DNA from: Candidatus Bathyarchaeia archaeon
GTDB taxonomy: Archaea > Thermoproteota > Bathyarchaeia > Bathyarchaeales > Bathycorpusculaceae
DNA: 64,000 bases
Direction: 5' to 3'
Assembly: GCA_050012255.1 (NCBI GenBank)
Contig: JBEKHN010000002.1
Location: 144,118-208,117, forward strand
The translations under genes were made by a program, and so were the position numbers. The notes beneath the pieces were generated by a model, which saw only the letters and a program-made list of their open reading frames with translations, did no database searches and had not been told where the DNA came from. This document shows, one piece after another, positions 10,690-21,156 of this stretch (position 1 is its first letter; every line of letters starts with the position of its first letter).

Positions 10690-11034
10690 ATGAGCCAAGA
10701 TGAGAAGAGCGCTTTGAAAACTGGGTTAACGCAGCCCGCAAAATTGGCTGATCTGGTCGCCTACCAGGAAGGTTCTGTCGTGAGTAGAACAATTGTCGAA
10801 AAGAAGTCGGGAACCGTTACGTTTTTCGCTTTTGATAAGGGAGAGGGACTGAGTGAGCATAAGGCACCATTTGATGCTTTGGTTTACGTTGTCGATGGAG
10901 AAGCAGAGGTCACGATTGCCGGCAAATCTTTTGTGCTGAAAGAGGGAGAGATGATCGTGATGCCGGCCAACAACACGCACGCCTTGAGGGCGACTCGAAG
11001 GTTTAAGATGCTCTTGGTGATGATCCGGACCTGA
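10690..11034 (+). CDS. cupin domain protein
   Basis: FAFDKGEGLSEH, VVDGEAEVTI, MPANNTHAL. Confidence 0.88.
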   Translation: MSQDEKSALKTGLTQPAKLADLVAYQEGSVVSRTIVEKKSGTVTFFAFDKGEGLSEHKAPFDALVYVVDGEAEVTIAGKSFVLKEGEMIVMPANNTHALRATRRFKMLLVMIRT

Positions 11035-11078
11035 GTATGCTTCAATATGCTCCTGCAGAGACACAAATTATATAAAAT

Positions 11079-11684
11079 ATGCTGAGAGATATACCAGTTA
11101 TGGAGAACGACAAAGAGAAAAAACTTGAAGAAATGGTTAAGAAAGGCAGAAGTTCAGCCAAGAGAACAACAATAATCCTTGAGAAAGATGAAAGAGAGTT
11201 CATCGACTCCTTGATCCGTGAGGGAAAGGAACCTGGTATCAAACCTCTCATCTCCAAGATGCTAGATGTCTACAGAAGCATGATGGTTTACGATTGGCGT
11301 TTTCCCGGCGAGTACTACTGCGGCATCAGCCGCATAGCCTTCGTGAATGTCGAACTGCTCAACATCCTGATCCAAAACACTCCGCGGGAGAAATGGCGCG
11401 AAATCGGCAGAACAATGGGTGAAGCTACAAGGGTGTCGATTGAAACCACTCTGGGAATACGAACACAGGACCGCGAGAAATGGTCAGATGTTTTCAAGCG
11501 GTTGCGAGTGCAGGGCTTTGGTGATTTCTATCTGAAGGACAAGTACCTTCTTATAAAAACGCCTTTCATTGGCGAATCTGAGATCTGGGCTGGCCTACTG
11601 GAGGGCTTGTTTGATATAGATTTGGACGTGAAAACCACTTCTTCTCCGTTGGTTTTCGAAATGATAGAAAAAGACACAAAATGA
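11079..11684 (+). CDS. hypothetical protein with possible N-terminal ribbon-helix-helix
   Basis: RTTIILEKDEREFIDSLIREG pattern; 201-aa ORF. Confidence 0.55.
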   Translation: MLRDIPVMENDKEKKLEEMVKKGRSSAKRTTIILEKDEREFIDSLIREGKEPGIKPLISKMLDVYRSMMVYDWRFPGEYYCGISRIAFVNVELLNILIQNTPREKWREIGRTMGEATRVSIETTLGIRTQDREKWSDVFKRLRVQGFGDFYLKDKYLLIKTPFIGESEIWAGLLEGLFDIDLDVKTTSSPLVFEMIEKDTK

Positions 11685-11744
11685 ACGAATAGATCTTATA
11701 CTTCATAAGCCAAGATTTGAAGGAAGGCTTGAGAGGAGAGTTAA

Positions 11745-12800
11745 ATGTCACTTCACGAAGCGATGCTTTACCAGAAGTTGGAGGACAAGAAAGTCAACTG
11801 CTACCTCTGTGCGAGAAGATGCCATATAAACGACGGAGGGACAGGCTTCTGTCTGGTAAGAAAGAACAATGGTGGCACTCTTTTTTCGCTCAACTATGCT
11901 AAAGCAATATCTGCTGGCGTGGATCCTGTGGAGAAGAAGCCGTTGGCACACTTCAACCCAGGAGCCTTGGTCATGTCCATCGCTACAGTGGGCTGCAACT
12001 TCCGCTGTCAGTTCTGCGACAACTGGATGATCAGCCAAGAGAAGGAGATAGCAGGCAACCCCCTTCCCCCTGAAGAGGTCGTCAAGGCTGCCAGAGACAA
12101 CGACTGTCAGGGAATAAGTTACACTTACACAGAGCCCACGATATTCTTCGAGTATGCTTACGACACGTCCAGGCTAGCACATGAAGTCGGGTTCTTCAAC
12201 ACGTTTGTGACAAACGGTTACATGACACCAGAGGCTGTAAAGACTATAGCACCATATTTAGATGCTGCAACCGTAGACTTCAAGGGCGGCGGAGACCCAG
12301 AATTCTACAAGACTTTTTCAGCTGTTCCTTCGGTTGCCCCCATTTTCGAGGCTCTGAAAGAGATGAGAAGGAACAACGTCCACGTTGAAATCACGAACCT
12401 AATCGTGCCGAAATCAGGAGATTCTCTAGAGAGAATAAAAGAGCTCGCAATTTGGATTAGAGACGGCATCGGCAAGGACACACCGTTCCACCTACTGCGT
12501 TTTCATCCTGACTATCAGTTAACCTCAATCCCCGCAACACCGATCGAAACATTGGAGAAGGCCTACATGACCGCGAAAGAAGCTGGACTAAACTACGTTT
12601 ACATTGGAAACGTGCCAGGGCATCCAAGCGAGAACACCTATTGTCCAAACTGCAACGAAATGCTGATCAAGCGGTACAGCTTCGCGGTCACGCGGTGGAA
12701 TCTGACCAAGGACATGCGCTGTCCCGTCTGCGGACAAAGTGTCCCGATCAAGGGCACACTGCACCCAAGCGGGCACTCGCTTCCCTACGCCCTCTTCTGA
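11745..12800 (+). CDS. amrS: AmmeMemoRadiSam system radical SAM enzyme
   Basis: DPVEKKPL, GCNFRCQFCDNW, YTYTEP, RFHPDY, YIGNV. Confidence 0.9.
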   Translation: MSLHEAMLYQKLEDKKVNCYLCARRCHINDGGTGFCLVRKNNGGTLFSLNYAKAISAGVDPVEKKPLAHFNPGALVMSIATVGCNFRCQFCDNWMISQEKEIAGNPLPPEEVVKAARDNDCQGISYTYTEPTIFFEYAYDTSRLAHEVGFFNTFVTNGYMTPEAVKTIAPYLDAATVDFKGGGDPEFYKTFSAVPSVAPIFEALKEMRRNNVHVEITNLIVPKSGDSLERIKELAIWIRDGIGKDTPFHLLRFHPDYQLTSIPATPIETLEKAYMTAKEAGLNYVYIGNVPGHPSENTYCPNCNEMLIKRYSFAVTRWNLTKDMRCPVCGQSVPIKGTLHPSGHSLPYALF

Positions 12801-12833
12801 CAAGTCCAAAGCGTTGAGTAAGACTGATTAGAA

Positions 12834-13925
12834 ATGTGGAGACTCCATCGCCCAGATGCCCTTGCCGTTCTCCGAGATGAATCAGCAAAGAAAAGTCTGG
12901 CCAGATACTTCGCCGTCATGCAGGATGAGAAGCCCGCAAAATTCATTATCGCCAAGAAGCTTTCGGCCGAATTCAGTGAAAAAGATTCAGCTAATACGCT
13001 CTGGCAAAAACACGCAAGCCTTACTCAGAAGTTTTGCGAAATCGAAAGAGAAATTGACCATGGCCACAAAAACGTGGCGAAGATGCCGACTCCAAGCAAA
13101 TCTTACCTTGACCTGAAAATTGAAATCGCAAACAGAATTCTGCTTTCCTGCCACTTTTGCACACGCAAGTGTCAGGTCAACAGGCTGAATGGGCAACTAG
13201 GCTATTGCCGATGCGGTTCAAAGATTACGGTTTCAAGCATTTTTGAGCACACGGGCGAAGAGCCTGAACTTGTGCCTTCGGGAACCGTTTTTACGATGGG
13301 CTGCACGATGCGCTGCAAGCACTGCCAAAACTGGACGATCTCTCAATGGGAGGAAACAGGCGAAGTCTACGAGCTGAACGCATTAGCCGAAGAGGTGAAG
13401 CAACTGCGCCTAAACGGTTGCAGGAACATCAATCTCGTAGGCGGAGAACCGACGCCTTGGCTTCAACAATGGCTCAGCACGTTCAAGCGTGTTGACATCA
13501 ACGTCCCGGTTGTCTGGAACTCAAACACGTACTACAGCCCAGAGACAGCCAATTTATTAGCAGGCTTTGCCGACGTTTACCTGTTAGATTTCAAATACGG
13601 ACCGGGAGATTGTGCAGAAAAGATCTCTGCCGCTCAGAGCTACTGGGAAGTTTGCACTTGCAATCACTTGGAGGGTAACAGATTCGGAGAACTCATAGCG
13701 CGCATCCTTGTCCTACCAAATCATCTGGAGTGCTGTGCAAAGCCGATCATCAATTGGATAGCCGAGAATCTGGGCGCTGACACGAGGGTCAACGTCATGT
13801 TCCAGTACAGACCGGAGTGGCGTGCGTGCGAGGTTCCAGACTTGCGTAGGAGGCTAACAAGCGCTGAGATGGACAGGGCTATTCAACTGGCCAGAGAGGC
13901 AAATCTGACAAACTTCATAACGTGA
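12834..13925 (+). CDS. radical SAM protein, PflX-like
   Basis: CHFCTRKCQVNR, HTGEEPELVPSGTVF, GCTMRCKHCQNW, QYRP. Confidence 0.85.
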   Translation: MWRLHRPDALAVLRDESAKKSLARYFAVMQDEKPAKFIIAKKLSAEFSEKDSANTLWQKHASLTQKFCEIEREIDHGHKNVAKMPTPSKSYLDLKIEIANRILLSCHFCTRKCQVNRLNGQLGYCRCGSKITVSSIFEHTGEEPELVPSGTVFTMGCTMRCKHCQNWTISQWEETGEVYELNALAEEVKQLRLNGCRNINLVGGEPTPWLQQWLSTFKRVDINVPVVWNSNTYYSPETANLLAGFADVYLLDFKYGPGDCAEKISAAQSYWEVCTCNHLEGNRFGELIARILVLPNHLECCAKPIINWIAENLGADTRVNVMFQYRPEWRACEVPDLRRRLTSAEMDRAIQLAREANLTNFIT

Positions 13926-13998
13926 AGTCCCTTCTTCGAGAGCGAAACGTATTTCTCAAGCTGCCCTCACTTCTAGACGCAGAAACGAGTGAACAAGA

Positions 13999-14205
13999 AT
14001 GCCATATTGTCCCGAATGTGGCGGCGAAATGCAGTACATGATAGCCACCAAGCACTACGTGTGCAAGAGCTGCGGGCTCTCTGTGACGCAGCAGGAACTG
14101 ATGGAACTGAGAGAAAAACTCAGACCCAACATGGAGTCTGAGGAAGAAGAGCGTCAGAAGCAGAAGAAAGAATACCTGAAATGGTACTTGAGCAAGAAGA
14201 AATAG
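13999..14205 (+). CDS. small zinc-ribbon protein
   Basis: CPECGG..CKSCG plus charged helical tail. Confidence 0.7.
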   Translation: MPYCPECGGEMQYMIATKHYVCKSCGLSVTQQELMELREKLRPNMESEEEERQKQKKEYLKWYLSKKK

Positions 14206-14299
14206 GACTAGCCCTCAGCTTTTCAAGACGAAAGCCAGCAAACAGCATAAAAGAATGAACGGCTTTTCAATGATCGCTCAAGCAGCGGAGAAGTCTTAA

Positions 14300-15133
14300 A
14301 TGAGCGTTAAGATGGAAATAATCTGCGTTGGCAACGAATTGTTGATCGGCAAAACCCTGAACACGAACGCTCAATGGCTAGCAAAGCGTGCCACCACTCT
14401 GGGAGTATTTGTGCACAGAATAACGGTCGTAGGCGACGACGTTAATGAAATTGCCAGCGCAATGCGCGAGTCTCTTAGACGCAAGCCACGTTTCATAATA
14501 ACAACGGGTGGACTCGGCCCGACTTTTGACGACAAAACGCTCGGAGGAATTGCCAAGGGCTTAAGGCAGAAGCTTGAAGTCAACGATGAAGCCCTGCAGA
14601 TGGTCAGAGGGAAATATGAAGCCCTTCTGAGGGAAGGCAGAATAGAGAAGGTTGAGCTGACCCCTGCAAGAGTTAAAATGGCAACGTTTCCAGAGAGTAC
14701 AAAACCGCTGCACAATTCTGTTGGCACCGCCCCAGGGATGATAGCGAGTGCTGATGGGACGTTCTTGATAGCCTTGCCCGGCGTTCCCCCGGAAATGGAG
14801 GCTATTTTTGAGGAGTCGGTAGTGCCCATGCTCAAGAGAGACGCGGGGAAATCTGCCTTTTTTGAGGCAAGCATCTATGTCAATGGCGTAATGGAGTCGA
14901 GCTTGGCGCCGCTGATCGATAAGGTTATGCATGAAAATCCTGATGTTTACATAAAATCGCATGTTTACACAAAGTCGCATCCACAGGTTGAAGGAAGAAG
15001 ATCCCATATAGAGCTTCACTTCTCCACAACGGCAGAGGACTCCAAGATCGCTAGGATCCGGTTGGGAAAGGCGATGACTCAGTTGTCAGAACTGATGCTG
15101 GAGAACGGCGGAAGAGTCAGCAAGGCGGCATAG
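14300..15133 (+). CDS. CinA-like molybdopterin-binding-domain protein
   Basis: GNELLIG, TGGLGPTFDD, GTAPG, LPGVPPEM. Confidence 0.88.
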   Translation: MSVKMEIICVGNELLIGKTLNTNAQWLAKRATTLGVFVHRITVVGDDVNEIASAMRESLRRKPRFIITTGGLGPTFDDKTLGGIAKGLRQKLEVNDEALQMVRGKYEALLREGRIEKVELTPARVKMATFPESTKPLHNSVGTAPGMIASADGTFLIALPGVPPEMEAIFEESVVPMLKRDAGKSAFFEASIYVNGVMESSLAPLIDKVMHENPDVYIKSHVYTKSHPQVEGRRSHIELHFSTTAEDSKIARIRLGKAMTQLSELMLENGGRVSKAA

Positions 15134-15140
15134 AGAGCGG

Positions 15141-15935
15141 GTGAACACAACGGTCGCAGATTATCACGTTCACACGAAGGCTTCGCCAGACGCTGAGGGA
15201 AGCATGAAAGAATACTTGAAAAAGGCTGAACAGAAGAAGATTGAAGAAGTAGGATTCTCAGATCACATTTTTCTGCAGCATCTTGACGGTTATTCAGATT
15301 TTCTCGTCAATGCAATGCCTGCTTACGTTCAAGACTTCTTGGCTTTCAAAAAGAAAGCAGAAATACCGGTCAAACTAGGCGTCGAAGTGGATTTCTTTCC
15401 CGACATAATTGAGAAAATGGGAGCCTTCATTCGCAAGTACCCTTTTGACTACGTGATAGGGTCTGTTCATGTGATTGGTGAATGGATAATTGACGAGCCT
15501 TCAACAAAAGATGAGTACTCAAGGAGAGACCCTTTCCAAACCTACGAGGAGTATTTCAGACTTGTCAGAGAAATGTGCGCATGCAGGCTGTTCGACGTTC
15601 TGGGCCATCCTGACCTGATCAAGATCTTTGGCACTAGGCCAGAGGAAGACCTGACCCAGATCTACGAGGACACTGCAGAGACGATTGCAGGGTCCGAGAT
15701 GTGTGCGGAGATTAATGCAAAGGGGTTGAATAGACCTTGTCGTGAGATCTATCCGGGTGAACAATTCTTGAAAATACTCCACGATCACGATGTTCCCATA
15801 GTCTTTGGTTCAGACGCCCATGAGCTGAACGACTTGGGGAAGAATCTTGAAGAGGCCGTGAGACTTGCCAAGAAGGTCGGCTATGCCGACGCGTGCAGAT
15901 TCAGATGCAGAGAGAAAGAACTCGTGAAGATCTGA
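15141..15935 (+). CDS. PHP-family histidinol-phosphatase-like protein
   Basis: DYHVH, FSDH, IGSVH, GHPDL, GSDAH. Confidence 0.85.
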   Translation: MNTTVADYHVHTKASPDAEGSMKEYLKKAEQKKIEEVGFSDHIFLQHLDGYSDFLVNAMPAYVQDFLAFKKKAEIPVKLGVEVDFFPDIIEKMGAFIRKYPFDYVIGSVHVIGEWIIDEPSTKDEYSRRDPFQTYEEYFRLVREMCACRLFDVLGHPDLIKIFGTRPEEDLTQIYEDTAETIAGSEMCAEINAKGLNRPCREIYPGEQFLKILHDHDVPIVFGSDAHELNDLGKNLEEAVRLAKKVGYADACRFRCREKELVKI

Positions 15936-16067
15936 TCAGCAAGAGGATAGCGAAACAGGAAGTCTTTGCCAAGAGATGTGGTCTTTGAACGGAAAAAGCC
16001 TATACTTGAAGATACCGGTTTGGCAGCTTAAGCACGTCATCAAAATGTGGATGGAGACCAGCGAAAC

Positions 16068-16829
16068 ATGTCTATGGTTTTCATAGTAGGAACTGCGGGG
16101 TCTGGAAAGTCTAGACTCACAGCCGCATTTGGCGATTGGCTGAAGCTGTCTAAACAGGACGTTGCAATCGTGAACTTGGATCCGGGAGTGTCTGTACTTC
16201 CATATTCGCCAGAAATCGATGTTCGCGACTACGTTGATGTTGGAAAATTGATGGAGGAGTATCAACTGGGTCCAAACGGCGCTCTGGTAATGGCCGCTGA
16301 CCTGGTTGCAGACCAGGTTGAAGAGATTTCGAAGGAGATTGAAGAGTTGCAGTCCGACATTGTTCTGGTCGACACCTCGGGACAGATGGAGTTGTTCGCT
16401 TTCCGGGCGAGTGGACCCTACATCGTTAACGAACTTACAAAGGGGCCGAGAGTAATAGTCTACTTGTTCGACGCAGTTTTTTCGGTCAACCCGCTTAACT
16501 ATGTTTCGAACCTTTTTCTCTCGTCAGCAGTCTACAACAGGTTTATGTTACCTCAATTGTATCTGCTTTCGAAATGCGACCTGCTTCCGAAAGAGGAGGT
16601 TAACAAGATCGTCGATTGGTCGACCAGCCAGGATGCTCTAGCCAACATCATCGAACAGAAACTTGAAGGGACAAGACGTTTACTGAGTAGAGGCGTGATG
16701 CAAGCGATTTACAAGCTCGGACTAAGGTTTCCTTTGATTCCTGTTTCAGCCAGCACGAACGAGGGAATAATAAACTTCAACACAGCCCTAGAACGCATCC
16801 TCGCCCAGGGTGACAAGTACACCTTTTAA
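16068..16829 (+). CDS. GPN-loop GTPase
   Basis: GTAGSGKS, NLDPG, LGPNG, DTSGQMELF. Confidence 0.9.
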   Translation: MSMVFIVGTAGSGKSRLTAAFGDWLKLSKQDVAIVNLDPGVSVLPYSPEIDVRDYVDVGKLMEEYQLGPNGALVMAADLVADQVEEISKEIEELQSDIVLVDTSGQMELFAFRASGPYIVNELTKGPRVIVYLFDAVFSVNPLNYVSNLFLSSAVYNRFMLPQLYLLSKCDLLPKEEVNKIVDWSTSQDALANIIEQKLEGTRRLLSRGVMQAIYKLGLRFPLIPVSASTNEGIINFNTALERILAQGDKYTF

Positions 16830-16891
16830 CCTTGTGCAAGATGGAGAAATGATTTCAGTCTTCGCTACGGAGCGCGCGCGGAAGAGCTTAC

Positions 16892-16932
16892 ACGTTTTGC
16901 ATATACGTTTTGCATATACGTTTTGCATATAC
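16892..16932. repeat. 13-bp perfect tandem repeat (ACGTTTTGCATAT) x3
   Basis: Read directly; intergenic between convergent genes, next to GCGCGCGCG at 16872-16880. Confidence 0.95.
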
Positions 16933-16990
16933 AGTTGGCGAGGATTGTTGAAAAGCGCGTGCTAAAATGGAGGAAGGCAAATGTGGACCT

Positions 16991-17419
16991 TTATCGGTTG
17001 ACTTTGGGGACATAATATTCTCTTACGATGCCCGCTGTCAGAGCAATTAGGCCTACTGCCAACAAATAGACCATTGGATAAATGAATATTGAGAGCATGG
17101 TTTGGTACGTTGCTCCTGACGGCAACTGTGGAGAGAAGAACACTGCAAGCCACATTATGACGAAAGTGACGATGCATCCAATTCCTAATCCCACAGAGAG
17201 TCCGTTGACAAAAATGTTCTTATCGCCTCTGTTGTTTTGCTCATCGTTGAGCTTGCCGGTTTCGCAAGGTGGTTCTTTTTCCTCTTTCACCGTTGCGATG
17301 GTCTCATCTTCAGGCTTCGGTTCCGTTTGTTCTTCTTCCCACTCTTGATCAGTGTCTTCTACCCATGGCTCCTCATGATTCTTCAATTCTTGTTGGGGAG
17401 CTTGATCTTTAGCCTCCAT
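16991..17419 (-). CDS. membrane protein with acidic N-terminus
   Basis: E/D-rich N-terminus and two TM helices. Confidence 0.65.
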   Translation of the reverse strand: MEAKDQAPQQELKNHEEPWVEDTDQEWEEEQTEPKPEDETIATVKEEKEPPCETGKLNDEQNNRGDKNIFVNGLSVGLGIGCIVTFVIMWLAVFFSPQLPSGATYQTMLSIFIYPMVYLLAVGLIALTAGIVREYYVPKVNR

Positions 17420-17521
17420 ACTGTTCGCCTTGGTTCTTGTTCTGGTCCATGCACTAATAAGACTATTCGATTCGAGATTTTGACGTAGAATAAGAATTCA
17501 GAATACGCAGGAGTGAAAGGG

Positions 17522-17785
17522 TTATTTTGAGATGAGTTTGGGCGTGAGCTGTTCTATAGCGGTTTTCAGTTTGTTCCATTCGTCCAGGTTTCTCACGTTG
17601 AACTTGTGTTTTCTTTTCCATGCGTCCTCTTTTTTTTGCCACAGGTACAGGCCGATTGACCGTTTTCCATACGATTCGAAGATGACAGCTGCCTCCCACC
17701 ATTTCTGGCTCTTGAAAAGAGTGACGTAGTCAACGACTTTATAGAAGTCGGATATGGGTAGTTTTTCCTCTGTGCCTTCGGTCAT
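17522..17785 (-). CDS. hypothetical protein
   Basis: 87-aa Trp/Lys-rich ORF with TATA-like TTTAAAT upstream. Confidence 0.65.
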   Translation of the reverse strand: MTEGTEEKLPISDFYKVVDYVTLFKSQKWWEAAVIFESYGKRSIGLYLWQKKEDAWKRKHKFNVRNLDEWNKLKTAIEQLTPKLISK

Positions 17786-17961
17786 GATATTTCAACCCGT
17801 CCTTGATAAGGTCTTGTTTTTGGCATTTAAACGTTTCAACGGCAGGCATCAGGTTTTTCAGCGCGTGGTGTGGCCTCATAATCCGATGGGTTTGTTGCCT
17901 GTTGACGGCGATGAGTACAGGTACGTCATAGCGCAGGTTAGAAAGTAGGAAGGCTGAGTTG

Positions 17962-19077
17962 TCATGTGTGGTTAGCGTTGATGTTCTTTTTTGCCATCAC
18001 ATAGAGGGGGATTAGCAGAAGTGTGATGGCTCCCAAGAGTATGAAATAGCTCACGTAGCTGGCTTGTGGGATTAGAAAGTACGTGGGGGCTAGGTTCATG
18101 ACTCTTCCAACCATGAGGCCGGTTTCCATCATAACCAGGATGCTCGCGTAATATTCTTTGCCAAAGGAGTCTCCGTAGTGGGCGAACCATGAGATTCGGA
18201 AGGCGTTTGCAAAGCCTGAGAGCACTGATAGGATTATGATGTGCTCTGTTGATGACGCGAATCCTATTCCGAAGTACCATGTTGCGCTGAGTGTTGTGCC
18301 GATTACGGCGAATTCGATGCGAGTTCTCTTTACGTCTGAGGCCCAGTTGACGGAGAATGTGATTGCTGAGATCATGACGCCTGTGACTGTTAATACTAGT
18401 CCCATGTTCAACACTGTTCCAGAGATGTTGTAAACGAAGAATGGGTAGGCCAGCCAATAGGATTCGGTCGCGGCAGAAATTACAAACGTTGCGAGGAAAA
18501 TGGCGAACGTCTTGTCTCTGGGCAGTGAGAATTTGTTTTCTTCAGGTTTGTAGTGAATTCGAGTTGAAAGGAGAAATGCGATGAAGTATAGAGCGACGCA
18601 GGTTGCAAAGAGCGACGTGAAACTGAATCTTTCGATGACTAAGCCGCCTGTTGCGGGGCCTACGATGCTTGCAAGGGATGGAATTATCGTGGAGAAGAGG
18701 CCTATCGTTCGGGCTCGGGTTTTTGTTTCGCTCATTCTGAACAGGAGGAGGTTGAAGCTTGGCCAGAACGTTGCAAGGCTCGTGCCGTAAGCGAATCCGA
18801 GGATCACTGGGTTTCTGGTGTAGATCAGAGCGATGAAGAAAAGCATGCTCGTGAATATTCCAAGGCTCATCACGCGTTCAAAATTCTTCGCGGTTTTCAG
18901 GAGTGCAATTGGGAGTAGGCCCAGTATCAGGAACGTGAACAGTAGCAATGCACATATCTCTGGCACGCCAAGTCCCTGGTCTTTGTAGTATATTGGCAAA
19001 AAGCTGCCTGTGAGGTTGCTTGTGAGAAAGAATAGAATCACAACTGCAGCCAGCGTCTTCGTGGAGTTGTTTTGCAC
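17962..19077 (-). CDS. MFS transporter
   Basis: About 12 hydrophobic segments; ASIVGPATGG motif. Confidence 0.8.
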   Translation of the reverse strand: MQNNSTKTLAAVVILFFLTSNLTGSFLPIYYKDQGLGVPEICALLLFTFLILGLLPIALLKTAKNFERVMSLGIFTSMLFFIALIYTRNPVILGFAYGTSLATFWPSFNLLLFRMSETKTRARTIGLFSTIIPSLASIVGPATGGLVIERFSFTSLFATCVALYFIAFLLSTRIHYKPEENKFSLPRDKTFAIFLATFVISAATESYWLAYPFFVYNISGTVLNMGLVLTVTGVMISAITFSVNWASDVKRTRIEFAVIGTTLSATWYFGIGFASSTEHIIILSVLSGFANAFRISWFAHYGDSFGKEYYASILVMMETGLMVGRVMNLAPTYFLIPQASYVSYFILLGAITLLLIPLYVMAKKNINANHT

Positions 19078-19302
19078 TATTCACGCCCTCAAGGACTCAT
19101 TCTTCGGCAATAACGGAACATGGGTTAAATAACAATTGTTTCAGGTAGCCAGCGTTTCATCATTCTCAATGAAGAAATCAAAGGTTTTTGATGTAAGTAT
19201 GAAAGGCACGATCGCAGATTGATGGCTGCTAAGCATTCCTTCCAAGATGTTGTTTGAGAAATTCAGTTTCAAGCTTGCGTCTGAGCTGGTGACATTATGG
19301 TG

Positions 19303-20511
19303 TTAGCAAGGCGGTATTTTTCCTTCGGCCAATTCCATGCAGAATTTCTGTATGTTTTCAAGTTCATCGTCTAGAACTTCGTTTATTTTGTGTCTGACCC
19401 TGTCTATGTTGTTGTTCCCCTTCATTATGACTTGTGCAGCTGCGATAGCTGGGTGGTCTATGGGGCCTCCTATCTTGCTTAGCAGCCAAATGTAGACTTC
19501 CTCCAGTTCTTCAACCTCTTTGTACACGTGCTCAGCTGTTCTGAAAGTTAGGAAGTTGTAGATTTTTCCCACGTGGCTCACCGGGTTTTTTCCTGCTGCG
19601 GCCTCTGAGCAGAACGGTCTGTTGAGCGATACCAGGCCGTTGACACGGTTTCCTCTGCCCACCTGTCCTGAGTCGCCGCTGTCTGCGCTTGTGCCTAACA
19701 CCGTGAGGTACAACCCTCCTAGGCCTCTTCCTTTCACGTCCAGAGTGTTCAGCTGCGCGTCCACTGAGTCGAAGTCCGTGTTAACTGCCACGTACTTGTT
19801 GATTTCCTCAGCGACCCTTTCCTTCTTTTCGAAGTAGTCTTCTTCGCTGCTTATGTAGCGGTCGACGAACGCCATTGCAACCGTGAGGTTGAGGTCGTTG
19901 CGGTTTCTGAAGGCCATGACTTTCACGTCTTCGCCCGACTCGGGAAAGCGCTTCTTGAACGGCTCTGAGTTCACGTATCTTTCAGTTTCTAGAACTATCT
20001 TCTCTGTTCTTGTCATAGGCGCGTAGCCCACCGCGGCTGACGTGTCGTTGGCGCCCAGCACTTTGCCTTTTCGTTTGAAAATGTCAGTCAGTCCGACTGA
20101 GCCGGGCTTCAGTTCTACCTGGTATTTCACGTGCTCTTCGGGGTCGACGAAGCGCATGTTCTCCTTGAACCAGTTCTGGGCAGCTTTTACAGCTATTTCG
20201 CCGACGTCGATCGTTTGGCCGTCGATTCTGGACGTTGCTCTGTCACCCAGCACGAAGAGTATCGGCTGCTTGATGATGCCGCCGTTGAACCTTGGCTCGG
20301 TTTCTCCGGCGACGAGCAGTGACTTGTCAACATTATGGTGAAGTATAGCCCCTGCTTTTTCCATGTACACTTTGCTGAGGCTGATCGATATCCGGTCGGC
20401 CACTGCGTCGCAGATGTAGTCGGGGTGTCCGACGCCTTTCCTTTCAACTATCTCTAGGCGTTGTTTCTCAAGGGGTGTCTGTTTCAAGTCTTCTACGATT
20501 ATGTTTCGCAT
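19303..20511 (-). CDS. mat: archaeal S-adenosylmethionine synthetase
   Basis: ERKGVGHPD, ANDTS, GEDVKVM, GRGNRVNG, AGKNPVSHVGK. Confidence 0.95.
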   Translation of the reverse strand: MRNIIVEDLKQTPLEKQRLEIVERKGVGHPDYICDAVADRISISLSKVYMEKAGAILHHNVDKSLLVAGETEPRFNGGIIKQPILFVLGDRATSRIDGQTIDVGEIAVKAAQNWFKENMRFVDPEEHVKYQVELKPGSVGLTDIFKRKGKVLGANDTSAAVGYAPMTRTEKIVLETERYVNSEPFKKRFPESGEDVKVMAFRNRNDLNLTVAMAFVDRYISSEEDYFEKKERVAEEINKYVAVNTDFDSVDAQLNTLDVKGRGLGGLYLTVLGTSADSGDSGQVGRGNRVNGLVSLNRPFCSEAAAGKNPVSHVGKIYNFLTFRTAEHVYKEVEELEEVYIWLLSKIGGPIDHPAIAAAQVIMKGNNNIDRVRHKINEVLDDELENIQKFCMELAEGKIPPC

Positions 20512-20607
20512 TGTGAGTCTCCTTTCTGCGAAGTTTACGCTGTATGGTTGCGATAAATATATATTTTACTGTATGATTCATAAGTTAAAATAACTGGTGG
20601 TTATTTC

Positions 20608-21141
20608 ATGTTAGTAACGGGCAGCTCTATAAGAGAGTTAAGGATTAAAGCAGGTCTCACTCAGAAAACGCTTGCGGCACTAGTCGGCGTTTCTCAAGCG
20701 CACATAGCGAAGATAGAAAGGGGTAAGGTTGATCCTCGGCTCTCAACCGTCAACCGGATCTTGGGCGTTCTCAAGCCTGGGCAGGAAAGAAAATGTAGAG
20801 ACGTCATGACCAAGGGCGTGATCTTCGCCAAATATAACGAAGTCATTCTGAAGGCTAGTGAAATCATGGTTAGAAACGCTGTTTCACAACTTCCCGTGCT
20901 TGATGGAAGCAGAGTTGTAGGAACCGTAACAGAGCAGGGCATAGTGCGAAACTTGAGGTCGAGCTTGGCAAGCGAGAAAGTCAGCAAGGTTATGGACCCG
21001 CCTATGCCTGAGGTACGAGAAGACACGAGCATAGAAGCTGTTCGTGCGATGCTGGACAAAAGTCCAGGCGTGCTGGTTAGAAAGGGTGGAGAAGCAGTGG
21101 GCATAATAACGCGGTCAGACCTGTTGAAGACGATTTGTTGA
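20608..21141 (+). CDS. XRE HTH plus CBS-pair regulator
   Basis: GLTQKTLA..VSQAHIAKIE..DPRLST, followed by CBS domains. Confidence 0.88.
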   Translation: MLVTGSSIRELRIKAGLTQKTLAALVGVSQAHIAKIERGKVDPRLSTVNRILGVLKPGQERKCRDVMTKGVIFAKYNEVILKASEIMVRNAVSQLPVLDGSRVVGTVTEQGIVRNLRSSLASEKVSKVMDPPMPEVREDTSIEAVRAMLDKSPGVLVRKGGEAVGIITRSDLLKTIC

Positions 21142-21156
21142 CAAGTTGAGTCAGGC

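Noticed and set aside
16892-16932. Possible CRISPR array
   Set aside because: 13-bp units are directly adjacent with no spacers, and no cas genes are present.
17840-17885. Fluoride-riboswitch-like words on the minus strand (ATGAGGCC..CTGATG)
   Set aside because: P1 pairing is absent, and it lies upstream of the next gene's TATA box rather than in its leader.
19160-19230. Possible second C/D sRNA (ATGAAGA..TTGA)
   Set aside because: Boxes are degenerate and there is no convincing terminal stem.
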